Assembly: GCF_009914755.1 (NCBI RefSeq)
Contig: NC_060940.1
Strand: one strand, 5' to 3'
DNA length: 64,000 nucleotides
Source of the DNA: the human T2T-CHM13v2.0 reference genome, Homo sapiens
In this document: positions 14,602 to 32,238 of the stretch, piece after piece
Layout of the letters: each line of letters opens with the position of its first letter
How positions within the stretch are numbered: the stretch's first letter is position 1
Position numbers and translations under genes: made by a program
The notes under the pieces: model-generated
Databases searched by the model: none
Told to the model about the DNA's origin: nothing
What the model saw: the letters and a program-made list of their open reading frames with translations, nothing else

Positions 14602-15435
14602 TCTGGCTCCTCTCCCCACGACCCCTCTCGCTGCCGCTCTGGTAGCGCCTGTTCCCACTGCTCCTCCACCTTCATCCTGCCCTGGCCCAGCTGTTCCTTG
14701 GACCACTCCCAGGGCTGAGGCAGAAAGGTTCTTGCAAGCCCCTGGGGCAACTTCCCTAGCCTGCTGGCCGCTGTGCCCAGCCAGCCCCAGCTGGCCCAAC
14801 AGGGACTTTTTCTGCCCTCAAGGTCTGTCTGTGAAAGCCGTGGGTGCTGTCCCTGTGGTACCAGTAAGTGGGTGGGGAGCATCTTGTCATTTGAAGTCTG
14901 TGCTGTTACAGAGGCCCTTAGAACCAGAGGAAAGGCTGGAGGTGGGGACACAGGATGGCCAGAGTCACACTGGACCGTCTCCAGGGCAGCGGCTGGGCAG
15001 TGATGCGCTACTTCCTTCCGCATGCCACAGCAGAAGCTGGGAGGATGGTACAGGGAAACTAGGCGGTTTTCTCCTGCAAGGTGGGGCGAGCTTCCTCTCT
15101 TGACCACTCTGTCTCAGCTCTGCTGGACACTTGGCTCCAGCCAGAAGGGTCTGGATCTCATATTCTTGACCCACTCACCCCACTAATTTCACTTCTCCTT
15201 CTTGTGTGAGCTACTCGCTTGGAGGCAGTCAGGTGTGGTCATTATGGGCACACTGGGTTGGAGTTTGAGGCTAGCACAGATAAGGTACCAAACTGATCGG
15301 TGCCTCAGTTTCCTCACCTGGAAGATGGAGATGATCATGGTACCTGCCTTGTAAAATTGTTCAAACATCAAACAGGTGAATGTGCATATAAGGCACCACC
15401 TAGAACAACACCTGTCACCTGATAAGCACTATTGA

Positions 15436-15817
<382 letters not shown>

Positions 15818-16182
15818 CTTGCTTCCCGCTTCAGCTGAACCTCACTATGTGGCTTCGAAGAAACACTCATGCAGATTCCTGTGACCGAGCACTGGAATTT
15901 GATTCAAATCCAGGCTCTGCTGCCTGCCATCCAGCTCTAAGCCCTGAGTTGTGTACCCATGTGACACCCCACCCTTGGCTGTTCTGAGCCCTGGGGGTCA
16001 ACCATGTGTACTTTGCAGAAGGTAGAATCTGGTGAACAATTAGGCAACTTTAATGCCTGGATGACCCCAGGGCAGCCTGGCACACAGTAGGTGCTCATGT
16101 AGGCCTTGTTCCTTCCCACTTCCCCTCCCTGGCCCTTAGTGACCTTGCCTTGCTCTGAACCCCAGTGGCATTAAAAGAAACC

Positions 16183-16530
16183 TTTATTTTTTTACTTATT
16201 TTTGGGGGTGCAGGGGGTCCCCACTTACTCTGCATCCCTCTTGTCTCTTCACAGTGTCAGACTAGAGTCAAATTCAGCTGGGTCTTTCCCGGCTGATTCT
16301 GCCAAGCCCGTTCTGTGGTTTTGGTTCCTCTGGGTGGCAGGTAGAGTCAGTAGGAGTCTTGTTCATCCATTCATGTGTGTCGCTAATTAGGTGACAAAGC
16401 ATTTGGCTACATGAAGAGTGTCATAGTTACTCCTGATGTTTACCCAGGCTTCATTGAATTTCTTCACTTTGACATTCAGAGTCCTGGGCAGAAATCACAT
16501 CATGTCAACACCTATATTGGGCCTTTGGCA
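16183..16530 (-). pseudogene. Retroposed 28S (LSU) rRNA fragment, domain IV region (about helices 67-76), with remnant poly(A) tail
   Basis: The reverse complement follows the conserved 28S sequence GTTGAC..ATGTGATTTCTGCCCAG..CTCTGAATGTCAAAGTGAAGAAATTCAATGAAGC..GGAGTAACTATGAC..GTAGCCAAATGC..ATGAATGGATGAAC..TTGACTCTAGTCTG..GTGAAGAGAC..AAGTGGG. A T-rich tract at 16183-16203 sits at its 3' end. Confidence 0.92.
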
Positions 16531-17003
16531 TTTCTGTGGCATTTTGTATTGAGATTATCTGGTCATTTGACATCATTTTCTGCCCACACTGAATCTCCTG
16601 CAAGCCCTTCCTCCATGACCATTCCTGAAGGGTGGAGACCAGCCCTTCTCACTGGGACATCACCCTATACTGGGGATCTCCAGTGTAGGTGCCTCCTCAT
16701 TGGGGCATCACTGTACGCTATAAATCTCTTATGTGACCTATGTCCCTGGACATACCTGAAGGGTGGAGACCAGCCCTCCTCATTGGGGCATCACCCTACC
16801 CTGTGAGTCTCCTATGTGACCCATGTCCATGGACATTGCTTGAGCCTTGCTCATTGAAGTGTCACCCTTACCTTGACTCAATGTCTTGTTCCCAGTTAGT
16901 GGTCCATAAATAACTGTTGACCAGGCTCTCTCATAGAGGGCTGCCTGAGGTGGGAAGTGATGGGAGCAGCTAAGTCCTGTGCTGTTGAAAACCCTCAAGG
17001 TGA

Positions 17004-17156
<153 letters not shown>

Positions 17157-18607
17157 TGACTTAGCCTCTCTCATGAAGCCGTGGCTTGCCTTTGAGTTCC
17201 GTGGAATAGTGCACAAGAAAATCCTTTGCCTCCAGAGTACATCTTAGTTCAGACAGAGGGATCATAGACATATCTGAGGACCATCGTCTCAATCCTAGCA
17301 GAGAATGTAATCAATAAAGACCATGTTTACTGAGCTCTTGGACTTGGAACATCTACCCTCAGACCTGTTTTCCATTAGTCCAGCTTTCCCTATTTCCCTG
17401 ACCATACTGCAGCCCATTTTTTCCCTAGTGAAATGAATGCATGTATGTCTTTTGGAAAATATTATGAAAGATTCCTTGTGTAGGGTACCAGGACCGTGGC
17501 ATTTTGTATGCAAGTCCTGGTAGTGTAGCTGTCAGAGTTGGCTCTTTTTTCTTCTGTTTCTCCAACCATCCATCCTTCCATACATCATTAAATTTATTTT
17601 GTTGTGTAATCAAGTTATTGGTGGGTCTGGGCAGTAAAGCCACTCCATGAGTGATGGGATATAGTAGAGCAGGTGAGGCAAGGATGGAGACAATGGGCAC
17701 CGATTTTTGCTTACAGGGAAATACTCATTCTTCTTAGGAAATGAGCAACCCTGCATCCAAACAGCCCCAGTTGGAGGACTCCAATGCCCATTTTCAATAT
17801 CAGCTCCATTACAAGGTTCCTCAGTGCAAAAAGCTCATTTCATTTTTGTATTAATGAGCTCCTGGAAAAATTATCCCATTTTATTGCTTATCAAGCATCC
17901 TTTGACCTGCCCCCAATATTCCACATTAATCCAAGAATAGAAAAAGAGAAAAGGGTAGGTCAGAAGAGGAGAGAGATGGGAGAAGCATTTACCATTGATT
18001 GCTACACAGTCGCCATTTAATTCTTTATCAAGTATTTACTGAACCAGGTGTTTTGCAGGTATGTTGTTCACTTTCAGGGAAGCCCTAGGAGCATAGTAGT
18101 GGTTCTCCCATTTTACAGGTAAAGAAAACTGAGGGTTTGAAAGGGTCAAGGAAATTGCCCAAAGCCATAAAGCAATTAATTGGAGCTGAGTTCTGTCTGA
18201 CTCCCACTGCTTTACAAAATGACCTATATGTACGTACTCTACAAATATGTCTGAAGTTGGAAGTCCAAAGAGAGTGTTTTCTGCCCAAAAAAGGAGGAGT
18301 TACGCATCATGTCTCTTGGAAACCTGGCTGAGACTCTTCCCTTTTGGGGCTCAAAGGAGGGTCTTACTTGGTAGGTGTCTCTGTGAGTATGTTTTCCCAG
18401 ACAGGGGGATTAGGGAACGTGTGGAGGGTTTTGATTCAGAGGAATATGAATTTGATTTTAGCCAATGTTGTAGAAAAGGCATGTTAAATAGCATGACTTT
18501 TTCCTTTCAAAAGCCATGACACTGAAACAATGTGGTCATAGCTGTCTCTTCAGCATGCCAATAAAATAGCATGCCATTTCTGAAATAAAAAATTATTCTA
18601 TAAATAG

Positions 18608-18757
<150 letters not shown>

Positions 18758-19124
18758 TGATTCTTGAGCAAGTGATCAAGTGATGTTTCTGTTTTCCATG
18801 TATTTCCAAGTCTGGCATGTTCCTAAGAAACCCACAAGAAGTGTTGAATCTCCATTTTAGTCAAGGAAACATAAATGAGAATGACGAAAGCATACCATTT
18901 TCATCCATTAGATTGGCAAAAATCTTTAACCATGACAGAGCTGTGGGCAAAATGTAGAGAAATGGTGTTCATATGCCTTCCTGGTGGTAATGTGAATGGC
19001 CATAAGTTTGATTGGAATTTGATCTGAGTCTGTTAAAAAAGTGCAACTCACTCTACTGCATTATTTCATTCTGAAAGGAAATTTAGCAAATGGCTGTTAT
19101 TATTAATAGCCATCTCCAGATTGA

Positions 19125-19452
<328 letters not shown>

Positions 19453-19739
19453 CCTTTATATGCTTTTATTCATATTTTTTATGAGGGCATATTTTTTGAT
19501 TAAAACAATAGACTATTTAAAAATTAAGAGGGTGTATGTTTTGATCTGACAGTGGCATCCTGGGGACTCTGTTTTATGAAAGGGAAAACATCGGGGCCTG
19601 AGAATATATTATCGGATTGCTTATTGCAGCATTACTTATGCTGGCAAAGTACCTGGGCACCATCTGAATGTCTCTCAATGGAGGAATTGCTGGGTAAATT
19701 ATGGTCTGTCCATACTGTGTGACATTATGCAGCTGATTA

Positions 19740-20228
<489 letters not shown>

Positions 20229-21426
20229 TCACATTTAATGTTGATTTTGTGTGTGTGTGCTGGAAGGGGTTGGGAAGATAGGCAGGAAGGATAGTTACCT
20301 TTTCTTTGCACAGCTCATTTTCTGTGATATGTTCCAAGTAACATGTTACCTTTGCAATAAAAAGTTCCATAGAGCATAAAGTTTTAAAATTGAGACTATT
20401 CTGTGTGATGCACCTAGCACAGTACCTGGTAGGTGGCACACATTCAGTAAGTAGGGGCTGCTGTTGTTGCTGTCAGGAAAGGGCTTTGCAGACTGCAAAA
20501 GAGTTCCCAGAGAAAGGTGTGAGGGCTTGGGGAGTACCTGGAACTTGGACTCAGGTGACTGTGGTTTCTCCAGTTAGCTGCATGATCTTAGATGAACCAC
20601 TGACTGCTCCTAGCCTCAGTCTTCTCCTCTGTGCAGTGGGAGGTTGGGAGTTGTGAAGACAGGCATTTTTAAGTGATGAGCATGAATGTTCCTAGAAGAC
20701 AGTCATTAATTGCTTTCTGCATGCAGAGCTGTGGGCTGGCCACACAGTGAGGCCACCTGATGGGTGACCACTGGCCGTGGGACTTTGGATGTATCTGAGT
20801 TAGAGAAATGGGGGGGCCATTTCCTATCTGCCCAGATTAGGGGAAAACATAGTTCATAGAGTGGATCATTGAATTGCAATGTGTTCATTTTTTCTCATAT
20901 ATAATAATTAGTTATTTGTTTGCCAAATGAAATAGAAAGATTGCAGGCTTGGGAGTTGGGAGAACTGGATTCTAGACCAACTTGACCTCTAACTGACCAA
21001 GTAATGTTGGGGGAAGCCATCTCTGTCCTCTCACTTAGCCTTTTCTATAAAATGAAGGTATTAAATGAGATCAATGGTTATAAAACTTTTAATACTCTTT
21101 AATCCCCTCTCCTTTAGACAGGAAACTGTAACAACCACAACAAAAACCATGATTCATAAAAGCTTATCAGAATACTTTTTAAGGTTAAAACCTGTAACTT
21201 TAAAAATAGTCCTTGAGAACAATGACGTGTGTCATTGAACATAGAACATGTCATAGAACAATGATGACAGTGTGCGTATGAAATTTGGAATGGTGACGAT
21301 TGTCATCTTATGCAATTGACCAGGATTGAGAAAAGCTCGATTTACTCAAGATAAGTAGTTGCAAATAACAGTTTTTTTTTTTTTTAATAATAGTTTACCT
21401 TGAAATTTCAAGATGCTGTGTTGTCA

Positions 21427-21615
<189 letters not shown>

Positions 21616-22721
21616 AGATTTGCACAAAAGCTGTTTCACCTGCTACCAGATTAACCCATTCATTGATGGTTTCCACTGTGGTAACATTCCACATAAGAGG
21701 TATTTCAACCTGTACTTTAATTATGGCTCTTATTAAGGCTAGTCTGTGTGTTTGTGTCTATGAGGGAGAAACATAAATTGGAATCAGAGTTTTACAAAAT
21801 GTCAGAACCCTCTGGGGTGCCCTAGATTGCCCCGTGTGGAACTTTGTATGGCAAAGATTCTGCCGATACCAAAGGTTGACCCCTGGTGGCCAGAATGCCA
21901 CATTGAGCCTGCCCCTGGTTGTACTTGATCTAATGGTTTAAATACGTTAAAAATTAATTGCCTACATTTAAAACTTGAGAGATTATATTATATATTAAAA
22001 TCTAGATATTTGGCTTCCCTTAGGAAAAAAATCGAGATCTGGCTATAAATAGGGTCACATCTCGCCATGGAACGGTCCACGTTCTCTGTATTGACCCAGC
22101 CCCATACAGCTCTGTCTGCTCATTTATGTTGCTTACCTGACCCCAAAGAAGTTTTGCTTTGGCAACCCTCATCTCCACTGTTTGAGGGTATAACTCTCCA
22201 GTTTGGTCACTGCATTTTAAAAATTTAATTTAGTGACAGATTTGAATAACAAAGTCCCAAGCTATGTAGATGGCTTCTGGCCAGCTCTAAGAACCTCACT
22301 GCTGTTGTGTAGGTAAATGCCCATCCCCTAACCTGTTAGCAAATTGTTTACTTCCTGTTCCTGGCTGGAAGCACAGGGCAGAGAAAAGTACCTGTTTTGT
22401 GATTTGGGGGGAATGAGGGCCTAGCTGGATTTCTCAGGCTCCTGCAGGAGACAGAGCTATTTATGGTGACTTATAATCCCCAGAACTAAATCCAGGGAGT
22501 GGGTTCATGCTTATCAGTAGCCAAATGGTTTCCATCGTGAGCTTGCTAGTTCCTCTTTGTGTCTAACCACCTGCCTACTTTCCACCTCTCGAGCTTCAGA
22601 GTTTCCAAAAGTTTGGCAGCAGCAGGAGGATAAGAAATGTAATCTCACGTTTGTGTCTCCCTGGTGAGGGGATATACCTCTAACTAGGCTGTAATAACAG
22701 TATCATTAACAAAGATGATAG

Positions 22722-23235
<514 letters not shown>

Positions 23236-23808
23236 TAGGATTTGATTTTCTGCCCAACTTTGACGCATAGCCATGGAATACTTCTTAATTTTTGAATCCT
23301 TTGTATTAAAGAAAATGTAAAGCATATAGAAGTAGAGAGAATAGCGTAACAGACCCCCATGTATCATCAGCTGACTTCAGCCATTATCACCTTGTCACTG
23401 CCCTCACCCAAGTCCCTTTTCTCACACTTTGCAGCAGACATCAAGCAGCGTATCAGGTCATCTGCCAATACTGTAATTTAATACCTGGCTACGTGACTGC
23501 TACCCTGCTACCTCCTGATCAAACCTGTGAAGTCCCCTGTGGTTACAGCATTCTTACATAAAAATAGAAAGCACTTGCAAAAAATCAAAAAGAAAATTGA
23601 GAAGGCTGCTAACGTATCTCTGGTTGTTCCTATGATCCAGTAAGGCATTGAAGGATTATTCTGCCGGATTTTACATGGGTGTGAGCATGGGGGAAGTGAG
23701 TGATGAGCGTTCTGTGACGATGTTTGTGGAGGAGCTCAGAGATCTTGCAGTTTATTCTTATTGTCAGTGGCTGGCAAGAGGAGAGTCCACAGTGGAGAAG
23801 TTAGATAG

Positions 23809-24204
<396 letters not shown>

Positions 24205-24995
24205 TAAGTACCACTGAGTGCGTAAGACCAGCTTCGGTTGTGAAAGGGCGTGTGCCTTCAGCCACGTGGGAAAACTCCATTCCTTTCCCTCCCTTTCTTA
24301 GTGCCCTGGCCCCTGCTTCTGTGACCCCCGCCTCTGGCATGGCCCCTTCTCTTGTCCAGCTGGTAACTTCTCCTGGGGCCCGACTCAGAGATGACATTTC
24401 CCTGTAGCCTTTTAGCTACCAGAAGAAATTAGTTTATCTATTATTTTAGTCACTCATCCAGTAAATGTGTGCGTGACCCAAGAGGCACAGTGGTTAACAA
24501 TACAGCTGTTTCTCCTGACCTCACTGGCCCTTTGCTGGGGTGGGAAGGTCCTGGGATGTTGCCCAGAGTGACATAAGGCCCAGTGCCACCCCTGTCCCTT
24601 GGTTAGGTAGAATCTGACCACATAACCCTCCATGGTAATGCCGAACATAAATTAACTGCTGCCTCCACGGTGCACCCGTAGCATCTAGAATATTCTGTGA
24701 TTGCTGGAATCTCATTTATTGTGTGTACATATGTACGTGTAGTGTGGGATGCTAGAGATCTACCAAGGTGGGCCTGGGTTGAAATTCTGGCCCTTGGACT
24801 TGTTAGGAGAAAAGTCCTTGCCTCCCTGGGCCTGTTTCTTGTTTCTGAAATGGGGCTTATTTTACTACCTGATGGGATCAGCAGGAGGAGTGACTGAGAC
24901 TGTCACCGTCTTGCCCCAGCTCATGGAGCCCATGTTCATTTCCTGGGGCCGCTGTGGCAAGTACTGCAACTCGTGGCTTAAAAATAACAGAAGTG

Positions 24996-25297
24996 TCGGG
25001 CACGGTGGCTCACGCCTGTAATCCCAGCACTTTGGGAGGCCAAGGCGGGCGGATCGCGAGGTCAGGAGATCGAGACCATCCTGGCTGACACGGTGAAACC
25101 CTGTCTCTACTAAAAATACAAAAAAAATTAGCTGGGCATAGTGGCGGGTGCCTGTAGTCCCAGCTACTTGGGAGGCTGAGGCAGGAGAATGGCGTGAACC
25201 TGGAGGCGGAACTTACAGTGAGCCGAGATTGCGCCACTGCACTCCAGCCTGGGCGACACAGCGAGACTCCGTCTCAAACAAACAAAACAACAAAACA
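24996..25297 (+). mobile_element. AluY-like
   Basis: GAGATCGAGACCATCCTGGCT, GAATGGCGTGAACC; CpG-rich. Confidence 0.93.
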
Positions 25298-25581
25298 CAG
25301 AAGTTTATTCCCTCACTGTACTGGAGGTTAAAAGTCCAAAATCCAGGTGTTGGCAGGGCCACACCCCTCGGAAGGCTCCAGGGAAGGATGTGTTCCAGAC
25401 ATCTTTCATGGCTTCTAGTGGCTGCCAGCAATGCTTCAAGCATTCCTCGGAGTGTGGACACCGCCTGGCTGCTGGTGGCTGCCAGCAGTCCTACAAGTGT
25501 TCCTCGGTGTGTAGATGGCATTGCTCTTTGGTGTGCAGACACCATCACTCCTCGGCATGTAGGCGTCATCGCTTCTTGGCG

Positions 25582-26071
<490 letters not shown>

Positions 26072-27764
26072 CAAATCTCCCTCTTTTAAGAAGCCAGGCA
26101 CTGGATTCGGGTCCACCCTAACCCAGCAAGGCCTCATCTTAACTTGATTGCACCTTGCAAAGACCCTAATTCCAAAGAAGGTCATGCCCATGGGTACTGG
26201 GTATTAGGACTTGGACATATATTCCCGGGGACACCATCCTATACATAATACTAGCTATAACTTCTTCTATCTTTAGAACGTCTTCCTTGATCACCTGTGC
26301 CCCATACTGTCAACTACAGCCCCATTTATCTGCCCCCTTTAAAGTAACCTACTCCAAGAGCTGTCTACGCTTCCCTTCTTCCTACTGTCTCTTGAGTCTA
26401 TTCCCGTCTTGTTTCCATCCCTGCCTCCTAGAGCACTTCATCTTGGCACGTCAGCCATCATCTCCATGTGTTGCGAATCCAGAAGTCTGCCCCGTGGTCT
26501 TTATCTTGTCCACTCAGCAGCACGTGTCAAAGCTGGTCACTCTCTCCTTGATGTTGTAACTTGCCTTTGGGATGCCCGACTGTCTTCCTTATCTTGCCTC
26601 TCACTGTTGGTTCTCTTGCAGCGTTTGTGGCTCTTGGCTTTCAGTTGTTCTTTTTCATTCTCTGTCCTGCTCTGCGTCCCAGGGGCCGATTCCTGCAAAC
26701 ACGTTCCCAGGTGCCTGTGCCAATGAGCTTCCGGTTGCTTCAACAAGCAGAGTGTCCGGGCAGGGAGTTGCAAGACCTGGCAGAGGAGGGGAAGCCAGGT
26801 CTTTCCTGGTTCTGGGAGCATCTGTACCATGGTGGTACCTCTGCCATTGTCCGAGCTCCCTGAGTGGGGGAATGCGGTGCGGGCTTTTTCTGTGCTTTGT
26901 TGAAAGGAATGTAAAGGAAGGAGAGGGCTGAAGAATTGCATGTGGTGGTCAGTGAGGGGGGCCACACACTGGGCTCCCTCCAGATGTAAATAAGCTGGGT
27001 GTGGGGCTTTGGGCTTGGAAGTGTTCTAGCCCCTGATGCCTTCAGCACCAGGCTGACTTGGTGACCTAAGCAGTAAATGAGTCCAAATAGCAACATGCCC
27101 TGTCTAAAATCTGCAACACCACCCCTTTTTAAAAAGAAATACCTATGCTGTAAATTACACATCAACGAAAGGAAGTACTTCTCAGTTTGCCTAAAAAGGC
27201 TAAGTTTGCGGCTCTTAACCTTTTGGTGGGACCTACTCCTTTGAGATGCTGATTATGTCTCCAGAAGAAACACACACCCACACAAACTGATGTGGACTCT
27301 CTGATGCTTCTCAGAGGCCTGCGATTCCCTTTCTAGAACCCTGATAGTCCCCATGACGTCCTGGGCTGCAAGGAGTTCAGCAAGAGGACCCTGGGTCATC
27401 TGGGGTAGGAGATGTTTTATGTCGTTAGCATTGATCATGTGATAGTGGATACATTTCCCTAAGTGCTTATCCAATCGCAGTGTCATTGAAGACTGTTGAA
27501 GCAAGGCTACCTGGGCAGAAATGGACAAGATGTGGGTGTGCAGGGTGCCTGTGTACAATGCACAGAAAATGGGCTGGTGCAAGTAGAAGCTGGAGGGAGG
27601 GGTGCTCCATGGCGCCCCCCTTGGTGGAAGAGCCTCTTCATCATGCAACAGTTGGCACGGCAGTGGGCTGTGAAGAGAGGAGCTGAAGCAGTCCGATATT
27701 TCTTTCGTCCTCTTGCCTTCGAAGATTAGAAATGCATCTTTGAAATACTAAAGATTTGAAATGT

Positions 27765-28030
27765 TGCCTGTAATCCCAGCTACTGAGGGGGCTCAGGAGG
27801 GAGGATCTCTTGAGGCCAGGAGTTCAAGACCATCCTGGGCAACATAGTAAGACCTGCATCTCTACAAAAAGAAAAAATATTAGCCGGGCATGGTGGCGCA
27901 TGCCTGTAGTCCTAGTTACGCAGGAAGCTAATACAGGAAGATCATGTGAGCTCAGGAGAGTGAGGCTGTGGTGAACTATGGTCGTGCCACTGCACTCCAG
28001 CCTGGGTAACAGTGAGACCCCATCTCTAAA
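27765..28030 (+). mobile_element. 5'-truncated AluJ-like
   Basis: Alu motifs. Confidence 0.85.
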
Positions 28031-28697
28031 GAAACCTGGCAGTGAGGATATAGAAAAAGGTATGTGTACCCCAGTGGAGGTGCCTGTCTCAACTGTTTTG
28101 AGAGCACCTTGGCAGAATTTATCAAAGCCAATGTGCCTACAATGTGCTGTGTCTACGCGCTTTTCCTTCTAGGACTCTACTCCGTAGAAAAACTGGCACA
28201 AGTGGGCAAAGATAGAGAAATAGGCACACAGGGACACTTAAAAATAATACTAGATGTTACAAAAATCAAGTGACATGCTTATTGTGGAATACAATGGTTT
28301 TTCAAAGAAAGGAAACAGGGTTATTTGAGGTTGCAGAATAATATGTAAAGCTTGAAACACAGCAAAAAATTGTGAGATGTACGTAAATGTTATAATATGA
28401 TATGATACCATTAAATGAATATCCCTAAAACAAATTCTAGAAGGAAACCTATGAAATGCTTAAGGGTGACTGCTTCTTGGGAATAAGACTGTGGAGGGAA
28501 TGAGGAGGGCTTCTACCTTTTGCTTCTTAAGTTTCTGTTATATTTGAATATTTACAACTAACATCAACTAAAATGATATTTTTAATGATCTTGTTGCATC
28601 TGACAAAATGATGCTTTTTTAACAACAAAAATCTTTCCGTTTTTGCATTAAGTGACTTGTCTAAGGTTCTTTTTTTTGTGTGTGCTTTCCATTTCAG

Positions 28698-28741
28698 ATT
28701 CTCGATGAATTCAAAAAGGATTCGTCCGTGTTCATCCTGGG
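28698..28741 (+). CDS. PLCG2: PLCG2 exon 8 (44 nt)
   Basis: tttcag|ATTCTCG...CCTGGG|gtgagg; ILDEFKKDSSVFIL(G). Confidence 0.95.
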
Positions 28742-29440
28742 GTGAGGCAGCTCTTGTGTGTCGTTTGGGGCGGCTGTGCCGGACCTCGGTGCCTGGTGCC
28801 CAGCCGGCCTCCAGGAGGGGATGCCTGTGTGTGCAGGCGCTGACCTCCAAAGGGGCAGGGGGCCCCTGCTGGGGAATTGGCCATCCCATGCCTGTGGCGT
28901 GGATAGAGATGAGCAGTAGCAACAGGAAGGTGTGGAGCACTGGGAGGATGGTCCAGAAAGTTCTGTAGAAAAGCCTGTGTGCCTCAGGGCCTCCTTTCCC
29001 CGAATGTGCCTCATGAGATGTGACAGGTTAATAGTTTTTTTTTTTTAATTACAAAAACTAATGTTAATGATCAAATAAGTGAAAAATTCCTTGTTAAACA
29101 GGTTTAACTGAATTAAAATGAGTTCAGGTGTATAAACTGCTTCACATGATGCTTGGCACCCATGAGGGGCTGATAGATAGTAATATTATTACTAAAAAGT
29201 CAGAGTTGCAGGACTTATCAGGACATTCACTGTGCCTCATGATTTCCCAAGTGGGGAATTTCTGAGATGTTATGTGTTTCCCCAGCCTATCTGACTGGGA
29301 GAAATGTTGGCCCTGGAGTTAATGGTCTGGGGTACGTTGATCCAGTCTTTATCGGTGAGCAACTTTTCCCTCTGTCACTTTTGAAATCAGAAACTCCAAG
29401 ACTCCAAAGTATAAATAAAATGAATCTAATTTTTATATAG

Positions 29441-29739
<299 letters not shown>

Positions 29740-30505
29740 ATAATTTCTATGTAGTATTTTAATGAAAACTTAGTGTTAGACTGTGAGGCTGGTGGGGAAA
29801 GGTTAGAATTGTACTCATAATCAAAGACAACAGACTCCTGGGCCCTGAGTGTTTAGTAAAGGGAGAAAGCTCAGGGCATGTTTCATCTCTTACACTATTT
29901 GAAATAGACCTCTTTTCCCCAGGCTCCTGCAAGTGCTCAGGGAAACATACCCATTACCCTGGGAAGCCCCGTGTAGCAGAATGTACTCCCCATCCAACCC
30001 GGGGGTGGCTCGTGCTGGCCCAGTGAGGCCCTGTTTTTCTGGTGGCCTGCTGGCCAAGGCGGGAGTCCTGCCTTTATTCGGAGTGTAGTGTTCCCTAGTG
30101 TTCCCTACCTGATACCTAACCTCTGCTTGGTCCAGGGAAGTGTCTTTCACACTGCAGTTAATTTTGCCCTGATGGCCTGGAGTCTGGTGGGGCCTCATGT
30201 GGCTCCCACTCCAGAGCACTCAATGACCCAGGGAACTCTGGATCGTGGCTTCTGAGGAGGCCCTTGGGTCTGGCTCCTGTCCTTTCTCCAACACCAGCTC
30301 TCCCTCTACGGGCGGGTGGTGTGTCGAGCCCTGTCTGGGTATTGGATAGGCACACTCACATCCCTGTGTTCCCCACACCTTTTGCTCTGCAATCCCTCCC
30401 TCTGGCCTGCGTTCCCTCGCTCCTACTCCTCTTTCTTTCCTCCCCTCCCTTCTCTTTTTTCCTCGAGGCCGCTGCTTCTCTGGTTTCCTTGCCAGGTACT
30501 CTCTG

Positions 30506-30596
30506 CACCTCCTTCTTGCTCACCCCACCTCATTCTTGCTCACCCCACCTCATTCTGGCTCACCCCACCTCGTTCTGGCTCATCCCACCTCACTCT
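30506..30596. repeat. 20-bp tandem repeat x4
   Basis: TTCT(T/G)GCTCACCCCACCTCA. Confidence 0.88.
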
Positions 30597-31015
30597 CTGG
30601 AGCTCAAGTAGGTGCCTTTTCCTCAGGAAAGCCCCTCTGGTCCTCCAGGTCTGGGTTTGGGGCCTTCTCAGCCATTCCCACTCTTCCCCTCCCTTCCCAC
30701 CCTCATCTCTTGCTACACTGTATCCCATATGCCTGGTTCACCTGTCTTCCCCATGGCCACACTCCTGGAGGGGCTCCTCAGACTCTGGGGTGCACCAGAG
30801 CTATTTTGGAGCAGCTAAATGTAGACACCAGGGCCTGCCCCTTGAGATTCCGATGTCAGGGTCCCTCTGAATCCTTGTAGGTGAGGGACATTGTGTCACT
30901 CACCTGTGTCTTCCTGTTGGCCAACCTGGTACCTAACACAGTGCCAGACTAAGTGGGGCGTTCTGGGTGGCAGGCTGCCCCATTGGCTGGCATCTCCTCT
31001 CGACTCCTCTGTTGA

Positions 31016-31315
<300 letters not shown>

Positions 31316-31694
31316 TGATGCCACTGAAACTCTGGATGAGAAGAGCCTCATGTCGGGCCTCTTTTCAAGGCACACATTGAGGATGAGAAGACTGAGAAGA
31401 TGGCAGGGCAGGAGGGGTGAGGGCCTGAGGATGGGGCTGCCCTCACCTGGCTGGGTGCACCTTTTCTGGCCATCATCTCAGGTGTCACTGCCTGGGAAGC
31501 CTTCCTTGACTGATGGGAGGATGGGATCAGATTCATCAAGCCTGCCAGGTCCCCTGGGAGATAAACTAGCACAGCTTTCCTTAAACAGGTGATGCCTGGG
31601 ACAGTCTCCCTGGACAGGGTTTGCCTGTGGGCTCTGAGCCCAGCTATAGACTCAAGGGGGGGTTGTGTTGCGCCTTGGTTTTCCACTGCTGTGA

Positions 31695-32238
<544 letters not shown>

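Noticed and set aside
13242-15107. 621-aa minus-strand ORF (and the overlapping 318- and 270-aa ORFs) with a 19-aa Cys/Trp repeat
   Set aside because: By-product of the 57-bp (19-codon) VNTR, whose minus strand lacks stop codons in all frames. The start is non-ATG, the frame switches at unit indels, and there is no recognisable domain.
16183-16530. Functional rRNA gene
   Set aside because: Short, diverged, isolated fragment without the rest of the rDNA unit.
16411-16806. 131-aa ORF over the rRNA fragment
   Set aside because: Chance antisense-rRNA reading frame.
27610-27627. CTCF-like GGCGCCCCCCTTGGTGG
   Set aside because: Two extra bases break the core spacing.
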